This document shows positions 57,301 through 64,000 of a stretch of 64,000 bases of DNA, piece after piece (positions within the stretch are counted from its first letter, which is position 1; each line of letters opens with the position of its first letter). The notes under the pieces are model-generated. The model worked only from the letters and a program-made list of their open reading frames with translations. It ran no database searches and was not told where the DNA came from. Source of the DNA: Craspedostauros australis (lineage: Eukaryota); contig JALAGF010005545.1 in the NCBI GenBank assembly GCA_030167865.1, positions 1 through 64,000 on the forward strand. Direction: 5' to 3'. Position numbers and translations under genes: made by a program.

Positions 57301-58853
57301 TTTGAATCTTGAATCAGAAAAGCAAACAGCGGGTCGGTGGCCCACAGGGAGAAGAAGTATAAAAGGATATACCAGTTGCATGTCACGGACTGGCTCTTCC
57401 CACCCTCGCTGTATGAGTCCGGATGCCACCGCACACGGAATGACATTTCGAACATCGGCCTTGCCGTTCGGTCATTCGTGGGTTGGTTTGCAGACCGGCG
57501 CAACACATGCACAAGCGTGCCACTTGGCCACGCGCTCATTCTGTCTGGGGCATGCCTTGATCTGCCTTGTTTGTTGGTTGCTACTTACATTCTCTGGATC
57601 ATCTCGCGCCGGTGAGGGGTGTCTTTGTCGGACTGCCAGCTACCGTTCATGTTGCTGCTGCTGTTGTTGTTGCTGTTACTGCTGTTGTTGCTGGTGCTCA
57701 TGACGTTGTTGGCGCTGGTGGAGTTGTTGCTACTGCTGCTCATGGCGTTCATGCCGTTGTTCATGCTGCTGGTGCTACTGCCACCAGTGCTGCTGGGGTT
57801 GTTGTTCATTCCGTTCATGCCACCGCCCATGGTGCTGCTCATGGGGTTGTTCATGTTATTGTTTCCCATCCCATTCATGGGACCGTTCATCGGGCCGTTC
57901 ATGGGACCGTTCATCGGGCCGTTCATGGAACTGTTCATGGAGTTGCTCATGGAGGCGTTCATCGGGCCGTTGTTGGTGCTGTTCATGGAGACGTTCATGC
58001 CGTTGTTCATGGTGCTGTTCATGGCGTTGTTCACGGAGTTGCTTCCCATGCCACCTGCCATGGAGTTGTTCATGCTGTTCCCCATGCTGTTGCCCATGGA
58101 ACCTCCTATGCCGCCGGAGCTGTTGTTTCCCATGGAGCTGCTGCCCATGCCACCGCCCATGCGGTTGCCCATTGAGTTGCTGGAGCTGTTCCCCATCATG
58201 CCCATCTGGCCGTTCAAGCCGTTGTTCATGTTGCCCATGCCATTCCCCATGGAGTTGTTCATTGGGTTGTTCATGCTACCGTTCATGCCGCCGCTCATGC
58301 CGCCGTTCATTCCTGGATTCATGGAGTTGTTCATTCCATTTCCCATGGGGTTGACGCCCATACCGTTGCCCATGGAACCTCCCATGGAGCCGTTCATGCT
58401 GTTGTTCATATTCATGTTCATGTTGCCTCGTTGGCTGGATGTTTGCCGCATGCCGTGCTGCTGTTGCATCGGTTGCATGCCCATGTGCGGCTGTCCCATG
58501 GAGCCTTGGTTGACGCCGTTGGGGTGCATCTGCTGGTGCGGGTTGAATCCCTGTGCCTGCTGGTGCGCCGGCGAGTGCAGAGGAGGGTGCGACGAAGAGT
58601 AGTGGTTCTGCTGGTTGGCCATGCTGAAGCTGTTCTGTCTCGTTCCCGGCGACTGCGATGGCATGTACGGCTGGCCTTGCTGGCCCATGCTGTTCGAAGC
58701 TTGCCTGTGCATGAAGCTGGGGTTCATCGGCTGCTGGTGCATACCGGGCTGGCCTCCCTGCTGTCCTGGTCCCATCGGCCGACGCCCCATTGCCCCCGGA
58801 CCAACGCCCTGCTGCTGCTGGCCCGGCGTCGAGTTGTCGAATGGCGCCATCAT
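51351..58853 (-). CDS. CBP/p300-family histone acetyltransferase, paralogue 2, with three TAZ domains; about 2276 aa, 3 exons
   Basis: Exons 58853-57589, 57204-53418 and 53129-51351. M/N/G/S-rich N-terminus, KIX-like region, two TAZ fingers, bromodomain, RING/PHD, HAT ([15 protein letters not shown]), ZZ and TAZ. Confidence 0.95.
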
Positions 58854-60998
58854 CTTGGCAGATCAGTTGCTTTGGGGCTCTCCTTCGGTAGTGTGTGTGT
58901 GCGTGCACGTGCGTGCGCGTGTGGATGCTTTGATATCAACACTGTCCAGTGTGACGCGGTGCCGTTTGATGGGATGTGACGAACTGCGGTGCGTCTGTTG
59001 AGGCTGCCGGGGCTGTTCGGTTGATCCTGCTTGGCTCCTGCACCAGATCTTCGACCTGGGATGTCTTGCGGTGCTGTTGCTGGTATGCCTGCGTGAGTGA
59101 GGGAGTGCGAGTGGGTATCAAGTGCTGAATGTCCCACGGTCTCTCCGTGTGCAACGATCCAACCGGGTCCGCGCGAGGCCCGGTGCGGCGTTTGCAACTT
59201 GCGTTGTGGATGAGGTTGCTTGTTGATCGCTCAGGCGGCGAACTACGGTGGTTCCGTTGGTTTTAGGCCCCTGGACGACTTCGCCACTCAAACGTGGAAC
59301 TGCTCCTGCCGTTGCGGATGAGGATGTTGCAGACTCCAAGCCCGGTTCCTGCAAGGAGAGGTCGCTGTTGCCACTGCCGATGCCGATATCGATGAACGCC
59401 TTCAGTGGTGGCGGTCCCGCCGTCGCTCTGTTCCTCTGTCGCTGCTGTTGCTTGTGCTGGAAAACTCTCGCGTTATCTTCTCTACAGGGTCGTGCCGGTG
59501 TTCGCTCTCGGGTGTCTACAGACGGCTGCCTGGATGGTTGGCTGGCTGGCTGGCTCCAAGCAAATGGCTGTTCACTGAAGCATCCAAGGAAAGGTGAAGA
59601 GAGGTCGAGGAGCGGAACGAGGGAAGGGTGTGGTGGTTGGATGATGGCACAGCCACGACGATGGTGATGGTGGTGATGATGATGAGATTGATGAAAGAAG
59701 GATTGCGAACAAAATTGAGAATCTGATTTGGTGCGTGAAGTTGCGTACATGTCCTACGGCGAACAAAGAGCCTGGGAAGGTGTAATCGTGTTGGGACACA
59801 CGCGCAAAGACACTGCTGCTGTGTGCCGCCCCCCAAAAAAGGACAGAGTGTGGAAATACGCGCACTGCGACACCGTCATGCGTGTGGGCCGCAAACCTGC
59901 ACAGAGCGCGGCTGCGACAGCGACGGCACAGGACGCTCGTCGCGTCGCCAGGCTTTGCCACTACCGCGTCGAGGGAAGCAGGAGAAGGAAGGAAGGAACA
60001 AACTCGAGGCACAGACCTCGTCTGACATCGCGGGTTATCTGGACGTTTGAGCTTCGTTCTGATCCATATTTCTTCGTCAAATTTAGTGTCGCATGAGCGC
60101 AAAACCATTATTTGCGCATGTCGGACCGTTAAGTGGTGTTCGATGATCACTCCCGAAACTCCAACACACACCAAACACCTGGCGGGTGGCCGAAACACGG
60201 GAGCGACGGAACGTCCTTTGTCACCATGGCGGGATGGTGAAGTCGCCGCCATGTGCTGGGATCTGTGCTCGTGCGATCGGAAGGACACCCGCCAGCGACG
60301 TCCTCCATGGTCCTTGCGTGCCTCATCGTCCAGACCGCATCAAAGTTGGTCGACTTACCGACGTGCAGCTTCGATTTGAAGCCGAGGGGCCTTTTCCGTT
60401 GTCGTCGAAGCGAAATTCTGGTTGTGTGACAGTGTCGCAGTCGCAGTCGCTCCCGTTGTCGTTGTCGTTGTTTTTGCTGTTGTTTTTGTGTTTTTGCTCT
60501 GGCCACAATGCGATGCGCAGAGATTGTGCAGGCGAAATTTTTGAGCTTGAGTGTGTCTTTTCGAGTTCGGAAATGACATTTTGTGTCCGGGTTGCTGTTT
60601 GGGGCGATTTCAACGAAATTCCCTTCGTGCAACTCACAAATTGGACGCACAACGGCCTGTTCTTTCCTCCTTTCTCTTCTTTCTTTTTGTTTCCTTTCAT
60701 GATCGCGGCGACGCAACAACGGGAACGTCGCGATGGCAGTGTCCCAAACGCGTTTCCATGTGAACAGGAAAAAACAACGACAACACGACGACAACACGAC
60801 GACAACGACGATGATGACAAAACAAGGATGGCGACAAAATGATACACGCACTTGTCACACACGTGGTACACATCAATCTCTTTCTAGATTCCAACGTGTA
60901 ATGGATTAGAGCACTGTCCTCTGATCGATCTCCAAAATGTATTCCGAACGCGTAGGAATGCCAAAGAGCACAACAACTCCTTCGCTCTCTCATTCTCG

Positions 60999-61020
60999 CT
61001 CTCTCTCTCTCTCTCTCTCT
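60999..61020. repeat. (CT)n microsatellite
   Basis: Read directly. Confidence 0.9.
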
Positions 61021-62286
61021 TCTTTTGTCTAGTTTGGTGTTTGCTTTTGTTCTGATTTGGGAGGCGATTAGTGGGGTGGAGGAGAGCAATCTACTCTGGA
61101 GTAGTCTCCAGTCTGCGTGCTATCTGTTGGCTGTCTTCGTCGTTGCTACACTCTGCTGTTGTGTTGCACGTTTCACTTTCTCGGCGCTTGTATTCGTGTA
61201 GGCCTGTGCCCATCGATTGGCCTTTCGCCACCGAGCGAAGCATTTGGTATATCGCATGAATCATCGCATGAACCACATTGGATGATGTGATGCCCTCCTG
61301 CATGCAGCGACAGAGCACTATCTGTCTCTTGAGTTGGCTGAGGAGTTCCATTCAACATCACGCTCACCCCCCAAGGACGCTTGCGCCGCAACGTGCTGTC
61401 GACATAGCCAAACTCCTGACCTGATTCGACATACTCGTAATAAGTGCAGAGCATCGTGTTTCGCACCTACCACACAAGCACCAGTATGAAGTCGCAGAAC
61501 GCCATGCGCGCCTGTTGGACAGTCTACTCGTAGACAGGTACAGAAGTACGACTGCTCGAAGACGCAGCTCAAAGAGACCGCCCGTCTGTTCCGACCCAGC
61601 TGAACCTCCACACGCATCAGTGGCCGGAAGCGTCTATGCGTGTTTATTCCTGTACGAATATGCACGGTATGTAACAGAATACGCATCAATATTAGTATGA
61701 GAAGCAGAGGAGGTGGTGTGCGAGTTGAGGATCGATTAGGAGACAAGGAGAGCCGGTTCACCAATCCCAAATGGGACAGAATTCCTGTGTGCAGGAAATC
61801 GATTCATCAATTGCTCTATCTATCACCCATGTGCGGAAACGCAGATGCTTGCCTCATCCATCACAACTGTCAACTCGATCAACTCTACCTACCTTTAGTA
61901 CATCCATGCGAGCACTCTGGAGAATTTTGTCTAGACAACTTGCTAGCATTCGTGACAAATGCGTGAAGGTGATCCTGGAATCAATCAAGATGCACATCTG
62001 GATTTTTGGCGCGAAAATTGGCAGCACGCCAAACATCCAACACAAAAACATGCTTGCGCCGCACTGCACCCACATCACGCACGTCGCAAAGAACCACCCT
62101 CTCGGATTCCTTGTGATTGAGAGATCCGTAACTTGAGAAACGCAAAGCAAATCCGACAAATCAATCAATCAATCAATTCAGGAGATACTTCAGAAAGTAA
62201 CCGAGGACGCAAGCAGACAACCGCAGAAGGTACATCAAACACGACACCAGTGCAGCCGTCACAACAGCAGTCGGAACAGCACCAGG

Positions 62287-63399
62287 ATGAGCGGCATACT
62301 GGAACAGGCCTTCGGTTCACGGTCGGTGGATCTGTACAGCGACGTCCTGTGCGTGTCACGCGATGCCAACAACGCCCAGCTGCGCAAGGCCTTCTACAAG
62401 CAAGCCCTGAAGTACCATCCCGACAAGAACTCATCCGAAGAAGCCAAGACCAAATTCCAGGCCATCTCCTGGTCATACGATCTCCTCAAGGATGCGGGCA
62501 AACGAGCCGAGTACGATCGGACGGGGCATCTGCCATCGGAGGATTGCGACTTCGGTGACGATGACGACATGAATTCCAAGCCGAATGCATGGAAGGAGTA
62601 CTTCGACACGATATTCGGCAAGCTGTCGACCGATGATATCGATAGTTTCGCCATGAAGTACAAGATGAGCGATGAAGAGGAGAAGGACGTGCTCGAGAAT
62701 TACAACAAATTCAAGGGCAACTTCGTCATGATGCTGGGATTCGTCATGCTGAGTGAAGAAAGGGATGTCCAGCGATGGGTGGAGGATTACATCCAGCCAG
62801 CGATCGATGCCGGCACTATTCAGGACTTTCCTGATGCGATTGCCAAGAGCAGGAAGAAGATCCAAAAGAAGCTGGACGCGGCAAGGAAGAAGCAAGCCAA
62901 GGAAGAGGCAGAGGAACAAATGGATGACGAGGAGGAGGAGGGTTCTGCGGCAGCCGCTGTCGCCGCCGAGACCGCAGATGACACCATGACCGAGTCCGAA
63001 GACTCAGACAGCGGAATCAATCGACGGGACAGCAAGAGCAAGTCCAAATCAGCAAATGTCAAGGTCAAACAGCCGAGTGCGAAAAACAAAAACAAAACCG
63101 TGAAGAAGGCCAAGCCCACCAAGTCAAAAGTCAAGCAATCCGCCGCCAGCAGCAGCAGCAGCAGCAGCAATAGTATTGCCAAGAAGAAGTCGAAGACGAC
63201 AACAACAAAGAGGAAGAAAGCAGCACCATCGAGCCAGGCAGACCTCATCGCCGCTATTCGAAATAAGAATCGAGGTGGGACCAACCCATTGGCTTCTCTG
63301 GGAGCCCGGTACGGCGTCGCGATGGATGATGATGATCCGTTGGATGACGCTGCGTTTGCCAAGATACAGTCACGCCTCGGAAAGAAGAAGAGGAAATAA
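62287..63399 (+). CDS. DnaJ-domain protein, DNAJC9-like
   Basis: J domain (LRKAFYKQALKYHPDK..KFQ..KRAEYDRTG) followed by WKEYFDTIFGK, YKMSDEEEKDVLENY..KG and C-terminal DLIAAIR..LGARY, as in the DNAJC9 family; basic NLS-like tail. Confidence 0.85.
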   Translation: MSGILEQAFGSRSVDLYSDVLCVSRDANNAQLRKAFYKQALKYHPDKNSSEEAKTKFQAISWSYDLLKDAGKRAEYDRTGHLPSEDCDFGDDDDMNSKPNAWKEYFDTIFGKLSTDDIDSFAMKYKMSDEEEKDVLENYNKFKGNFVMMLGFVMLSEERDVQRWVEDYIQPAIDAGTIQDFPDAIAKSRKKIQKKLDAARKKQAKEEAEEQMDDEEEEGSAAAAVAAETADDTMTESEDSDSGINRRDSKSKSKSANVKVKQPSAKNKNKTVKKAKPTKSKVKQSAASSSSSSSNSIAKKKSKTTTTKRKKAAPSSQADLIAAIRNKNRGGTNPLASLGARYGVAMDDDDPLDDAAFAKIQSRLGKKKRK

Positions 63400-64000
63400 A
63401 GAGGGAACAAGAGCTTACTGGTGGCGGGGAAAGAAGGGAAGATCATGTAGGGCGAGAAGAGTAGATTATTGGAACCTCGAGTACGTACGGTGCTTACAAG
63501 GCACAAGACTTATTTTCTGGCCAACGTAGCTAAGATGCATACTCGTACCATACGACCAACCTACATATCTCGAGAGAAACAGTGAATTACATGAAGCTTC
63601 CTCCGTTGCTGACTCTTCCACTCTGCAAATAATAGATATTCTCAGCATGACGCTGCTCTATCGACGGACACGCAGGTCATTTACATACCTACTCCAGTAC
63701 ATACGTTCTCCCTTTGTAGACTACTTGTCTCGAGTTCGATCGGGCTGCAAATACTGAACACACAGTGGCGTTCTTCGTTGCAAATCAACGCATTACTCCA
63801 GCTCTGCCATCGTGCCCATGCACACGAACAGAAGCATCAGCAAAAGCAGAGAATGTTGGTAATCATCAACTATTCCATGCTGCGCACGTGTGCTTACTTG
63901 TATGTCGCGTGTCCAGCCCCAGACGAAGCGAATCCGTACGAGAGTTGTTGGCATCCCCCTTCAATGAACGCATGTACGCACGCTTGATCTTTTGAATTTG

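Noticed and set aside
54601..58602. Leu/Met-rich 'membrane' ORFs on the plus strand
   Set aside because: They are reverse complements of the Asn/Ser/Met repeats in CBP paralogue 2.

Overview
Eukaryotic nuclear DNA, most likely from a diatom. The basis is GT-AG introns of about 200-400 nt, signal peptide + 'AF'-type plastid presequences and a diatom-type (CoDi-like) Ty1/Copia element; the species cannot be determined from the sequence. The window holds about 17 host genes: PDH E1-beta, SAP-domain INCENP, copine, an SLC25 carrier and a degenerate carrier-like gene, organellar TyrRS, two plastid-targeted unknowns, a secreted unknown, bestrophin, purple acid phosphatase, CRAL-TRIO protein, amino-acid transporter, GH20 hexosaminidase, a DNAJC9-like J protein, and two convergent CBP/p300-type acetyltransferase paralogues with identical intron positions. 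A complete, very young 6.4-kb Copia LTR retrotransposon lies at 18372-24760 (minus strand, identical 243-bp LTRs, TTCCT target-site duplication). Its gag and pol are in the same frame, separated by a single UGA in a CAA-UGA-C context, which makes it a candidate for programmed stop-codon readthrough. It also has non-canonical LTR termini and primer site, and a chromo/chromo-shadow-like module between integrase and RT. Other leads are a dense TGACGT (aureochrome/bZIP) cluster upstream of a plastid DUF2470-like gene and a PSR-type motif at the phosphatase. All exon models were derived by eye from splice signals and reading-frame continuity; no database searches were run.
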